Source of the DNA: an uncultured virus (IMG/VR IMGVR_UViG_2791355434_000002)
Lineage: Duplodnaviria > Heunggongvirae > Uroviricota > Caudoviricetes
Virus record (IMG/VR): IMGVR_UViG_2791355434_000002
Direction: 5' to 3' (one strand)
Length of the DNA: 21,305 nt
Numbering within the stretch: the first letter of the stretch is position 1; every line of letters begins with the position of its first letter. This document shows positions 7,635 through 15,510 of the stretch, in pieces. The position numbers and the translations under genes are program-made. The notes under the pieces are model-generated. The model ran no database searches. It was not told the origin of the DNA and saw only the letters and a program-made list of their open reading frames with translations.

Positions 7635-8500
7635 GCCGCCGCCCGCTTTCGGTTGCGACGCTGCCCGCTTTCCAGTTCGGAGACGATGCCGCGGACGGTC
7701 GAGACCGCCATGCCAAGCCGCTGGGCGATCTCATGGTCGGCGGTTCGGTACTCGTGGAGGCGTTTCACTTCCTCGCGCCGGTACGCCGCACGAGCGATCT
7801 CGGTGTCCGTGCTCTCTGCTGCGTCAGTGTCGGGCGCGCAGTTCGGGTCGTCGATGTTGTCCCAAGCTGCAGCGCTCACCCACCCTTCCCGGGCTGCAAC
7901 TCTGCGAGCCAGAGACTGGGCATGCGGGCGAACGCCATACTGCTCGGGGGCGAGCACGTTGAGCCGCTTGTATCCGTCTTTGACCTTGCGGGCTGTGGCA
8001 ACGGTGACTCGGTCCGCTCGGGCGAGACTGGCAAGGGCCCGGTCGTTGAAGCCCATCTCTTTGGCGAGCACGACGAAGCTCCATCCGGCGGCAACGAGTG
8101 CCTGGATCCGCCTACGGGTCCCGGTTCCGTCGAGGCGCGTTCCGTCTGCGAGCCGGCAGTCCTCGCGGCTGATTCGGAGGATCGCCTCGGCGGACTCTTT
8201 GCGGATTTTCTGCGTGGGCTTGCCTGCGGGGATGCCGTACACGATGCGGGCGAGGGTCTGGCGGGTGACTCCTGCGGCGTCGGCGATGGCGTCGACGGGG
8301 ATGCCGGATTGCTGGAGGTCCATGACGTGTCGCCGAACTGGGGCGGCGGGTGTGAACGGCTGCCATGTGCCGTAGGCGCGCTGGCGTCGGCGTTTGGTGG
8401 CGTACTCGCTGTAGGCGACCCGGCAGGTGAGGCATTTGCACCCGTGGTACTTGTACCGGGAGAGGGTGCCGTGCTCGGCGATGGGGCGGCGGGTGGTCAT
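7631..8500 (-). CDS. Multi-HTH DNA-binding protein with N-terminal HGT..Y...GCxCxxC module (289 aa)
   Basis: EHGTLSRYKYHGCKCLTC; IADAAGVTRQTL; GTRRRIQALVAAGW; EIAQRLGMAVSTV; ATG 8500. Confidence 0.85.
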   Translation of the reverse strand: MTTRRPIAEHGTLSRYKYHGCKCLTCRVAYSEYATKRRRQRAYGTWQPFTPAAPVRRHVMDLQQSGIPVDAIADAAGVTRQTLARIVYGIPAGKPTQKIRKESAEAILRISREDCRLADGTRLDGTGTRRRIQALVAAGWSFVVLAKEMGFNDRALASLARADRVTVATARKVKDGYKRLNVLAPEQYGVRPHAQSLARRVAAREGWVSAAAWDNIDDPNCAPDTDAAESTDTEIARAAYRREEVKRLHEYRTADHEIAQRLGMAVSTVRGIVSELESGQRRNRKRAAA

Positions 8501-8838
8501 CGTTCTTCCCCCTCGTTGGCGAGGTCTGGGGTGGCGTTGTACTGGGCTTCGAGCCGGGCGTTGATGAGTACCGGCGGCATGGTGAGGTAGGCGTCGGCGC
8601 TGCGGGCGACTTGGTGGAGGCGTGCGGCGCGGGCGGTGTACTCCCGCCGGTCGGCCCGGTCCTGGAGCAGCTGGTTGTAGCGGCGGACTGCCCACCGGGT
8701 GGTGAGCCAGGCGGCGGCGACCGCGGCGGCGGCCAGGGCGCCGGGCCCGTAGTAGAGGGCGGTGTCGATGACCCGGTCGACGGCGGTGTGCACGGTGGCT
8801 GCGGCCTGACCGGCGGCGAGGAGGGTATCGAGGCTCAT
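8497..8838 (-). CDS. Putative single-pass membrane protein (113 aa)
   Basis: ALYYGPGALAAAAVAAAWLTTRWAVRR hydrophobic segment followed by basic residues; ATGA-coupled. Confidence 0.7.
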   Translation of the reverse strand: MSLDTLLAAGQAAATVHTAVDRVIDTALYYGPGALAAAAVAAAWLTTRWAVRRYNQLLQDRADRREYTARAARLHQVARSADAYLTMPPVLINARLEAQYNATPDLANEGEER

Positions 8839-9284
8839 GCGGCCCACCGCCTCGTGGGGATCCCCGCCTTGGTGAGCCTGTGGAGGCAGTCGGCGGTGCC
8901 GGTGGAGTCTCCGACCTGGAAAGCCAGGGCGATGAGCGGCCGGTGGTCGACCATGTTCTGGTTGCGGCGGTGTCCGGCGAGCGGGCAGTACTCGGTGCCG
9001 TCGCGGCGGGTCTTCCGGTGGCCGGGCGGGCAGGTTTCGGCGCAGGGCCCTTCCCAGTCGGCTTCGACGGGGAGGTGGCCGACGCCCTGCTCGAAGCGTG
9101 CCTTGGCCCAGTCGCCGCACATGCGGTCGGCGCCGGGTGCGGTGCCTTCCATTACCTCGATGCCGCTGTAGCCGTCCTGGCGGGCGTCGTGCCACACCTC
9201 GGTCAGGGCGGTGTCGATGGTGGTGCGGTCGGTCCAGGTGCGGGAGCCGAAGCCGAGAACGAGGGCGAGGTAGGGGCCGTTCAT
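8835..9284 (-). CDS. SLOG-superfamily (YspA/DUF2493-like) nucleotide-binding protein (149 aa)
   Basis: GSRTWTD...EGTAPGAD...ADW...AGHRRNQNMV...LAF...STGTADC...AGIP. Confidence 0.85.
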   Translation of the reverse strand: MNGPYLALVLGFGSRTWTDRTTIDTALTEVWHDARQDGYSGIEVMEGTAPGADRMCGDWAKARFEQGVGHLPVEADWEGPCAETCPPGHRKTRRDGTEYCPLAGHRRNQNMVDHRPLIALAFQVGDSTGTADCLHRLTKAGIPTRRWAA

Positions 9285-9649
9285 GCCGCCCTCCGCCGCT
9301 CGAGACGCTTGGCGATCCGGTCCTCGAGGTACGTGCGCCCGGTGCGGGTGAGCCGGTACTCGTTGACCTTCTTGCCGTGCGCCTTCGGGTTGATCGAGAC
9401 GACTTCGCCGACGACCCGAAGGATGACGGGGTTCTCGAGCTCGATGAGCCCGTGCAGGTACAGACCGGCCTTGCGGCAGTCGTCTTCGGGGACGATGAGC
9501 CGCAGGTCGTTTGCCCCGAACGGCTTGTTGTCGCGCCCGAGGTGGAGGACGGCCTGGTCGAGGACGGCGGTGGTCCAGTCGGAGACGGGGCCGAGCTGGG
9601 CGAGTATGTGGTTGGCGCGGGCCTTGGCCTGGTCGGGGGTGAGGGTCAT
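9281..9649 (-). CDS. Hypothetical phage protein (122 aa)
   Basis: ATGA-coupled both ends; PFGANDLR...SINPKAHGKKVNEYRLT. Confidence 0.75.
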   Translation of the reverse strand: MTLTPDQAKARANHILAQLGPVSDWTTAVLDQAVLHLGRDNKPFGANDLRLIVPEDDCRKAGLYLHGLIELENPVILRVVGEVVSINPKAHGKKVNEYRLTRTGRTYLEDRIAKRLERRRAA

Positions 9650-10362
9650 GACGCACGCTCCTCGAGGTGGGTTTGCTGCCTGGGGATGAGTGGCCAGGCG
9701 CCTTCGACGACGGCGTCGGGCTGGGTCTTACGGAAGTGCTCTTGCAGGGATGCGGCCTGTTCGGCGGCCCACCCGACTTGCGCGGTGTGGAGTTCGTCGA
9801 GGGTCATGGCGGCGAGCTGCGGGTACCGGGTGGCCTGCCGCCACGCGACCCGGCACGCGGCGACCGCGTCGGCGTCCGCACTGTGAGCACCGTCGAGGCG
9901 CACCTCGTAGTGCTCGCACAGGGCGGTCAGGGTGCGCTTCCCGGGCCGGTACCGGTCGACCTGCTTGTCGATGACGAACGGGTCGATGACGAAGGCGTCA
10001 GCAAGGGGCTGGAACCCGTAGCGCTGCGCTTCCCGGTCGAGGACGCTGAAGTCGTAGCGCGCGTTCATGGCCACGATCGGGATCCCGGAGAGGATGACCT
10101 GAGTGAGGGCGCCGAGGATCTCCTCGACGGCGAGCCGCAGGTCGACGCCCTCGGCGTGGGCCTTGTCGGTGCTGATGCCGTGGACGGCCGCAGCCCCGGC
10201 GGGGATCTCTTCGCCGTCGACGTCGGTCAGCCAGTTCGCCGCGGTGGTGGGCTGCTTGGCGCCAACCTGGACGATGCAGGCGGTGACGATGCGGGCGGTC
10301 AGCGGGTCGGGGCTCGTGGTCTCCAGGTCAAAGCCAGCCAGACGGCCTGTGTGCCAGCTCAC
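9646..10362 (-). CDS. DEDDh 3'-5' exonuclease (DnaQ/epsilon-like, 238 aa)
   Basis: ExoI FDLETT, ExoII MNARYD, ExoIII AHSADAD; VHGIST. Confidence 0.93.
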   Translation of the reverse strand: MSWHTGRLAGFDLETTSPDPLTARIVTACIVQVGAKQPTTAANWLTDVDGEEIPAGAAAVHGISTDKAHAEGVDLRLAVEEILGALTQVILSGIPIVAMNARYDFSVLDREAQRYGFQPLADAFVIDPFVIDKQVDRYRPGKRTLTALCEHYEVRLDGAHSADADAVAACRVAWRQATRYPQLAAMTLDELHTAQVGWAAEQAASLQEHFRKTQPDAVVEGAWPLIPRQQTHLEERAS

Positions 10363-10892
10363 GCTGCACGCCCCTTCGGGAGAAACTGCCCGCTCTCTGG
10401 GTGTCGAGTGGAGCCTGCGTAGGCCGAGGGGCGGCGGTTCTTCGACTGTGTCGACAAGTCCGTCCAGCGGCAGTTGTCAGGGGAGTAGGGGCCGTCGTTG
10501 TCGACGCGGTCGAGAGACAAGCCCTCGGGGCGGTCACCCATGTCCGCGAGAAAGTTCTCGAACTTCCTCCAGCGGTCGCAGACCGTTATGCCGCGGCCTC
10601 CATAGCTGGACCAGCGCGGATGGCCCGGGTTACTGCACCGGTTCACCATGTCGCCCCACGTCATGTAGACCGACGTTCCGCTGTGCCCGTGAGTGGTGGA
10701 CCGAGCGACGAGAAGCTCCGTCCTCAGGCATCCGCAGGACTGGCTTTTCCCCCACTGCTGAAGCACTACAGAATGCTCGCGACCGCAGTCGCAGCGGCAC
10801 TGGACGCGTTTCTGGCCAGGCTCTCGCTGAACTGCTACGACAAGACGTCCGTATCGCTCGCCGGCCTGGATGACGCGAGGGATGCGACTCAT
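10359..10892 (-). CDS. Free-standing HNH-like (homing) endonuclease (177 aa)
   Basis: GERYGRLVV...CRCDCG...SCGC...YGGRGITVCDRW..FENFLADMG.RP..LSLDRVDNDGPYSPDNCRW. Confidence 0.88.
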   Translation of the reverse strand: MSRIPRVIQAGERYGRLVVAVQREPGQKRVQCRCDCGREHSVVLQQWGKSQSCGCLRTELLVARSTTHGHSGTSVYMTWGDMVNRCSNPGHPRWSSYGGRGITVCDRWRKFENFLADMGDRPEGLSLDRVDNDGPYSPDNCRWTDLSTQSKNRRPSAYAGSTRHPESGQFLPKGRAA

Positions 10893-10930
10893 GAGCAGAC
10901 TCCTCTCAGGTTGACGGTCGGGTGGGCCAT
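10889..10930 (-). CDS. Possible 13-aa leader ORF (MAHPTVNLRGVCS)
   Basis: SD GAAGGGAG upstream of ATG 10930; stop overlaps the HNH start (ATGA). Confidence 0.35.
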   Translation of the reverse strand: MAHPTVNLRGVCS

Positions 10931-10963
10931 AACGTGCTCCCTTCGGTGTGGTGTGCTGGTGGT

Positions 10964-10998
10964 GGGGCAGCCCCGTATGTCGGGTACGGGGCTGCCCC
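10964..10998. terminator. Intergenic hairpin (14-bp perfect stem, 7-nt loop)
   Basis: ggggcagccccgta/tgtcggg/tacggggctgcccc. Confidence 0.6.
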
Positions 10999-11012
10999 GA
11001 AGTGCGGGTGGG

Positions 11013-11648
11013 CTAGAACGGGACGTCTGCGGCTTCCGGGGAGTCGCCCGGGACGAGCGGCCGGTGGAAGATGTAGATCGCATCGAGCGACGACGTGGCC
11101 CCGGTGCTCTTGCAGTGCATGAGCGGCCCCTGGTCGAACTCGCCGGTCCACTCCCAGGCGTTGCCGTCCCGGTCGATCCACGGACGGTTCAGGTCCCAGG
11201 TGGTTCCGCCGAGGTCCGTCCACTTCTTCGTGGCCGGGTTGACCTGGCCGTTCGGTCCGATCCACGCCTGCTTCGGGTCGATGTCGCGCTCTTCGAGCCG
11301 CTCGTCGACTGCCTGGTCGACGTTCATCCCGTAGGTGTCGAGTTCCTGGGTGAGGTCGCGGGCGGATCGCCAGGACCAGAGGTCCTGGCGGCCGAGGTTG
11401 TCGGCGACGTGGTCGACGATGATGCGCCGCATGTTGGCCAGGTCGTTGCGGAGCTTGGTGTTGGCGTCGCGGAGGTCGGCGAGGGTTGCCGCAGCGTCTT
11501 CGTCGCGGGCGAGGGTGGCGTGGACCTGGGCCATGCGGAGGTGGTAGTCGGTGGCGACCGAGTCTGCCGGGTGCGCCGTGTCAGGGCCGGTGACGAACGA
11601 GCCCTTGCTGAGGTGCTTCTCGGCTTCGGCCCTGTGGTTGACGGTCAT
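11013..11648 (-). CDS. Hypothetical protein (211 aa): coiled coil plus Trp-rich C-terminal domain (phiSA1p31-like), ending EAADVPF
   Basis: SD AAGGAG; WDLNRPWIDRDGNAWEWTG...PLM...LDAIYIFHRPL. Confidence 0.8.
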   Translation of the reverse strand: MTVNHRAEAEKHLSKGSFVTGPDTAHPADSVATDYHLRMAQVHATLARDEDAAATLADLRDANTKLRNDLANMRRIIVDHVADNLGRQDLWSWRSARDLTQELDTYGMNVDQAVDERLEERDIDPKQAWIGPNGQVNPATKKWTDLGGTTWDLNRPWIDRDGNAWEWTGEFDQGPLMHCKSTGATSSLDAIYIFHRPLVPGDSPEAADVPF

Positions 11649-11668
11649 GTTCGTGGTCTCCTTGGGGT

Positions 11669-11699
11669 GGGACGCCCCGCAATGCCCGCGGGGCGTCCC
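11669..11699. terminator. Intergenic hairpin (12-bp perfect stem, 7-nt loop)
   Basis: gggacgccccgc/aatgccc/gcggggcgtccc. Confidence 0.6.
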
Positions 11700-11711
11700 G
11701 TCGTGTGCGGG

Positions 11712-12470
11712 CTAGTTGCCGGAGCCGGGCTGGGCGGTCTCGGGCCAGTCGACGGAGTCCTCCGCGGCCTTCGCGTCCCAGATCCCGTCAGCCGGGGGCT
11801 GGTCGTCACGGGTGACCTGGTGGGTCTCCTCGGCGGCCGGGGTCGGCTCGACTGCGGGGGCCGTGGTGAGGGCGGCGACGCTGAGCGGCGCCTTGGCCGG
11901 GGCGACTTCGCCGTGGACGTAGCCGTCGACTTCCTCGGCCGCATACGGCAGCCCGTGAAGGGCATCCGAGGCGATCAGGCGGCACAGCTCCCCGGTGGCG
12001 CGGGCGACGAGCATCGTCTTCGGCTGCTTCTTCCACTGGTCCTTGCCGAGGAGCCCCATCCGCTGGACCCGCGGGATGTCCCAGACCACGGTCTGCCAGT
12101 TCTCGGCGCCCTTGCGCCGACCGCGCATGATGCAGTGGGTGTCGTCGTACTCGACGAGTTCGATGTCGTGGCCCTGCCGCTGGACGATGGCCCGCATGGC
12201 GTGGGCGCGGAGGGCGGGCTGCCCCTGGATGACGTCGATGGACTTCAGGGCAGTCATGGGCTGGAGGCCGAGCTCCTGGCCGGTGAGGATCGCGGCGGTG
12301 ATCTCGTCGGGCTTGCCGCGGTAGGCGCCGGCGAAGCTGGTCCCGGCGAGGGACTGGGCGACGAGGTTGGCCTGTCGGGCGGACTCGACCCAGTTCATGA
12401 GCTCGTTGGTGGGCTGCGGGGGGGCGACGGCGACGGCCTGCTCGTCGCGGGTGGCGATCTCGTTGGTCAT
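11712..12470 (-). CDS. recT: RecT-like single-strand annealing protein (252 aa)
   Basis: Coupled to RecE; GKPDEITAAILTGQELGLQPMTALKSIDVIQG.P...WKKQPKTMLVARA...ASDALHGLPYAAEE. Confidence 0.75.
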   Translation of the reverse strand: MTNEIATRDEQAVAVAPPQPTNELMNWVESARQANLVAQSLAGTSFAGAYRGKPDEITAAILTGQELGLQPMTALKSIDVIQGQPALRAHAMRAIVQRQGHDIELVEYDDTHCIMRGRRKGAENWQTVVWDIPRVQRMGLLGKDQWKKQPKTMLVARATGELCRLIASDALHGLPYAAEEVDGYVHGEVAPAKAPLSVAALTTAPAVEPTPAAEETHQVTRDDQPPADGIWDAKAAEDSVDWPETAQPGSGN

Positions 12471-13336
12471 CGGAGGTACTCCTCGGTTTCGTTGAGGACA
12501 GCCCAGGTGGGCATGGAGATGGTGGGGATGTCGGTGACGGGCCCCGTCCAGTCCGGCCAGTTACCGGTGGCCATGCATTCGGCGTAGGTGCGGAGGGCGC
12601 GTTCGTTGCGGGCCCGGCCGATGTCCCGGTCCTGGTCGGCGAGTTCGCGCACCGTGATCAGGTACGGGGCGGTCTTGGACTGGAAGACGAAGATGAAGCG
12701 GACGTCCTCGGGCTGGAGTGCGGCCCAGATGCCGTCGGTGTAGAGGGCGTCCTGCTGGTGGTACGCGTGGTCCCGGATGGCCTTCGAGACGGTGTCCGGG
12801 TCGGCCGACTTGATCGTCTTGTAGTCGACGCACAGGGTCAGGCCGGGGAGCTGCTTCAGCCAGTCGGGGCGGATCCGGCAGCGGACGCCGGTCGCCGGGT
12901 CGGTCCAGAAGATCGACTGTTCGGCGACGCCTGTCCCCGGGGTGAAGAGGGGGCCGGCGAGCGGGTGCTGGCGGATCGCGTCGGCCATCGCCTGGACCAT
13001 GTCGTGGTCCTTCGTGAGGAGCGGCACCTTGCCCTCGATGTAGGCGATGTCCCGCTTGTTCTGGGCAGCCTTCGTCCGCCAGTCCGGGTAGTCGATGACC
13101 TCCAGCTCCGGGCCCTCCCCCAGGACGAGCAGGTGGGCGGCGTGCCCGAGGTCGAACTCCTTCTTCGGTGCCTGGGGGTGGTCGAGGTCGTAGCGGAGCT
13201 GGGCGGGGCAGCCGGGGGCGAGGATCTTCCGGAGGCCCGTGGACGAGATGCTGTTGCGGTCGGCGTGGTACGCCTCGGCGGACATGCCGTCGATGACGAC
13301 GGGCGCGGTGACCGGGGGTTCGAGGGTGGTGGTCAT
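12467..13336 (-). CDS. recE: RecE/exonuclease VIII-like PD-(D/E)XK nuclease (289 aa)
   Basis: YHAD...ISSTGL...FDLGHAAH..VL...EQSIFWTD..TGV.CRIRPDWL...VDYKT...YHQQDALY. Confidence 0.92.
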   Translation of the reverse strand: MTTTLEPPVTAPVVIDGMSAEAYHADRNSISSTGLRKILAPGCPAQLRYDLDHPQAPKKEFDLGHAAHLLVLGEGPELEVIDYPDWRTKAAQNKRDIAYIEGKVPLLTKDHDMVQAMADAIRQHPLAGPLFTPGTGVAEQSIFWTDPATGVRCRIRPDWLKQLPGLTLCVDYKTIKSADPDTVSKAIRDHAYHQQDALYTDGIWAALQPEDVRFIFVFQSKTAPYLITVRELADQDRDIGRARNERALRTYAECMATGNWPDWTGPVTDIPTISMPTWAVLNETEEYLR

Positions 13337-13437
13337 CGTTGCCCGTCCTGGTCTTTGAGGCAGTCTTCGCAGACGTGGCCTTCGGGTTGGCGGCTGAAGG
13401 GTCCGTTGGTGTTGTCGCAGCGGACGCAGGCGATCAT
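13333..13437 (-). CDS. 34-aa Zn-ribbon miniprotein
   Basis: SD CAGGAG; MIACVRCDNTNGPFSRQPEGHVCEDCLKDQDGQR; ATGA overlap with recE. Confidence 0.7.
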   Translation of the reverse strand: MIACVRCDNTNGPFSRQPEGHVCEDCLKDQDGQR

Positions 13438-13455
13438 GTGGTTCTCCTGGTGGTT

Positions 13456-13490
13456 GCTGCGGGCCGCCATGGGGGTTGGCGGCCCGCAGC
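13456..13490. terminator. Intergenic hairpin (14-bp perfect stem, 7-nt loop)
   Basis: gctgcgggccgcca/tgggggt/tggcggcccgcagc. Confidence 0.6.
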
Positions 13491-13531
13491 GGGCAGACGG
13501 AGCCGGGCTCACACGCCTGCCAGTCGGTGGG

Positions 13532-14584
13532 TCAGGTGGAGGGCTGCTCGGCGGCGGCCTTCTCCGCGAGCTTCTTGAGGTGCGCCTCGTAGTCGTCGGC
13601 CCACTTCTGCGGGTCGTAACCGGCCTTCTCGGCGGCGTCCCACGCGTACTCGCCGATCTCCCCCGCATCCAGTTCCCCGGCGACCTCGGAGACGATGGCC
13701 TGCGCGGCACGCGGGTCGACGTTGTGGAGGGCGTCGAGGTAGCGGAAGGCCATCCAGTCGGCGACGCTGATGCGGATGTGCGCGTACCACAGATCCTTCT
13801 GGGCGTCGGAGTCCGCGCGGTTAACGTCGTCGAGCGAGCGGAGCACCGAGCGGAGGAGCCCCTCGCCCGTCTCCCGGATGTCGGCGGTGACCTCGTACTT
13901 CGGTCGGTCCTCCTCGTAGGCGGCACCGTCGAGGCTGGCGTCCTTGGCCCCTGCGGCGAGGGTCCACAGCCACGTCTTGTGCGCGCCTTCGAACGTCTCC
14001 TCCTTGCGCGGGTAGACCCCGTTGTGCCGTGCGGGCATCAGGGCGCCGATGAAGTCCTCGCCGAAGACGACGGCGGGCTTCTCGTCTGCGGTGAGGCGGA
14101 CGCGGAGGATGTCGCCGTTGTTGAACCGGGACAGGTAGCCGGAGTTGAAGCAGGGGAAAACGTCGGTGTCGACCGTGTTGTCCAGCATGCTGCGGAGCAG
14201 GCCACGCCAGTCGGGGAACTCGATGCCCGGGGTAATCGCGAGGCTCAGGTCGGTCTGCGGCCCCTCGAAGACAAGCCGGTCCTTCGCGGTACTGATCGTG
14301 ATGAGCCCGGCCCCCTTCATACTCTGGATCCACTCGCGCAGGGGGCGCAGGTACTCGGCGGGGATGGTGACCGCCCAGGGGTCCTGGTTCCGGTCGCCGT
14401 CGTTGAGCTGGTAGCGGGCGGCGGCGAGGGTGTACAGGTCGGAGGCGACGGTGTACAGGTACTTGGCGTCGGCGTCGAGCCGGATTCCGTGCAGCGTCTC
14501 GACGTACTCGGACCCGATGTGGTTGATCGTCTTGTCGATGAGCTGGCCGAGTCGGTGGGCGTTGATGGTGGCGGTCTGGGTCAT
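13532..14584 (-). CDS. Beta sliding clamp-like protein (two clamp domains) with extra helical C-terminal domain (350 aa)
   Basis: LHGIRLD...YTVASDLYTLA, EFPDWRGLL, FNSGYL, KPAVVF...FIGALMPAR echo DnaN domain II-III motifs; ATG 14584, SD GAAGGA. Confidence 0.75.
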   Translation of the reverse strand: MTQTATINAHRLGQLIDKTINHIGSEYVETLHGIRLDADAKYLYTVASDLYTLAAARYQLNDGDRNQDPWAVTIPAEYLRPLREWIQSMKGAGLITISTAKDRLVFEGPQTDLSLAITPGIEFPDWRGLLRSMLDNTVDTDVFPCFNSGYLSRFNNGDILRVRLTADEKPAVVFGEDFIGALMPARHNGVYPRKEETFEGAHKTWLWTLAAGAKDASLDGAAYEEDRPKYEVTADIRETGEGLLRSVLRSLDDVNRADSDAQKDLWYAHIRISVADWMAFRYLDALHNVDPRAAQAIVSEVAGELDAGEIGEYAWDAAEKAGYDPQKWADDYEAHLKKLAEKAAAEQPST

Positions 14585-14611
14585 GGCGTCCTTCTCTGGG
14601 ATGCTGGTGGT

Positions 14612-14689
14612 GGACGCCCCGCGATCTCGACTCGCGGGGTGTTCTGGTTCGCCGGGTGGGAGGGTGGTGTGGTCACCGCCCACCCGGCG
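14612..14689. terminator. Two tandem intergenic hairpins
   Basis: ccccgcga/tctcgac/tcgcgggg (14617-14639) and cgccgggtggg(14650-14660)/cccacccggcg(14679-14689). Confidence 0.55.
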
Positions 14690-14692
14690 GGC

Positions 14693-15170
14693 TCATGTGG
14701 TGGGCAGGTGCGCCGGATCAGCACTGCCCTCGGTGCGGACCACAGGTCCGATCGCCTCCCACAAGGGGCGGACGTTGATCGGCTCGGTCGCCTGGTCCTC
14801 GAACGCCGTGGTGTCGCGCATTGCCGCGGGGACGGTGACCGCGTTCGCGTTCGCCTCCGCCGCGAGAATCGGGGCCAACTGAGTCTGAAGCTGGTGAATG
14901 CGGGCGAGGGCCTGCTCCAGCTCCTCAGTCCGCTCCCGCAGGTCGGCGTCGAGGCAGGTCACGACCTGCTCGGCCTCCGCCCGCTTCGCCCGCACATCAG
15001 CCAACTGGTGCTGGAGGGTGGCGGGCGATGGTGTCGGCCGCGCCGATCAGTTGGCCGAACGCGCTGACCGTCTCGGCTTCCTGGTCCTTCAGCTTCCGCT
15101 TCAGCTCGGCGACCTTGTCGGCGGCTCGGTGCTTCGGCTTGCTGCGGGATATGAGGCTGCTGAGGCTCAT
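14693..15170 (-). pseudogene. Coiled-coil protein gene frameshifted by a 4-bp duplication
   Basis: ATG 15170 MSLSSLISRSKPKHRAADK... stops at 14997; deleting one ggcg at 15020-15027 gives a 157-aa ORF reading ...ADTIATLQHQLADVRAKR... to 14693. Confidence 0.75.
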
Positions 15171-15250
15171 GGCTTGCCCTTCCGGGTGAGGCTGGGGGCC
15201 ACCGCCATCAGGCCGAACACGAGGCCGATGACGGTGGCAGTGACGTTCAC
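15167..15250 (-). CDS. 27-aa membrane peptide
   Basis: GTG start; (M)NVTATVIGLVFGLMAVAPSLTRKGKP; GTGA and ATGA overlaps on both sides. Confidence 0.6.
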   Translation of the reverse strand: MNVTATVIGLVFGLMAVAPSLTRKGKP

Positions 15251-15510
15251 GGGGCGGGCGCCAAGTCGGCCCACATGCGGTTCAGTTCGTCGGCCGTCGG
15301 GACGGGCTCCGGCCCGGGGATCGAGCACCCGGCGGGGAGGGTGACGTACCCGGAGGTGACACTGTCCGCGTAGTCGCGCTCCGCTTTCAGGTCACGGGGC
15401 CGGTCGAGGCGCAGCGACCGGACGAGGGTGTTGGCGACCGGGCCGGTGATGACGGGCGGGGCATCGCAGAGAAGGTGGGAGACGGTCACGGTCTCCGTGC
15501 GAGGCGTCAT
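15247..15510 (-). CDS. Hypothetical protein (87 aa)
   Basis: ATG 15510, SD GGAGGTG, ATGA-coupled. Confidence 0.7.
   Translation of the reverse strand: MTPRTETVTVSHLLCDAPPVITGPVANTLVRSLRLDRPRDLKAERDYADSVTSGYVTLPAGCSIPGPEPVPTADELNRMWADLAPAP

Noticed and set aside
10401..15067. Long plus-strand ORFs 10401-12587 (728 aa) and 12758-15067 (769 aa)
   Set aside because: Antisense shadows of well-supported minus-strand genes, expected in high-GC DNA; no recognisable motifs
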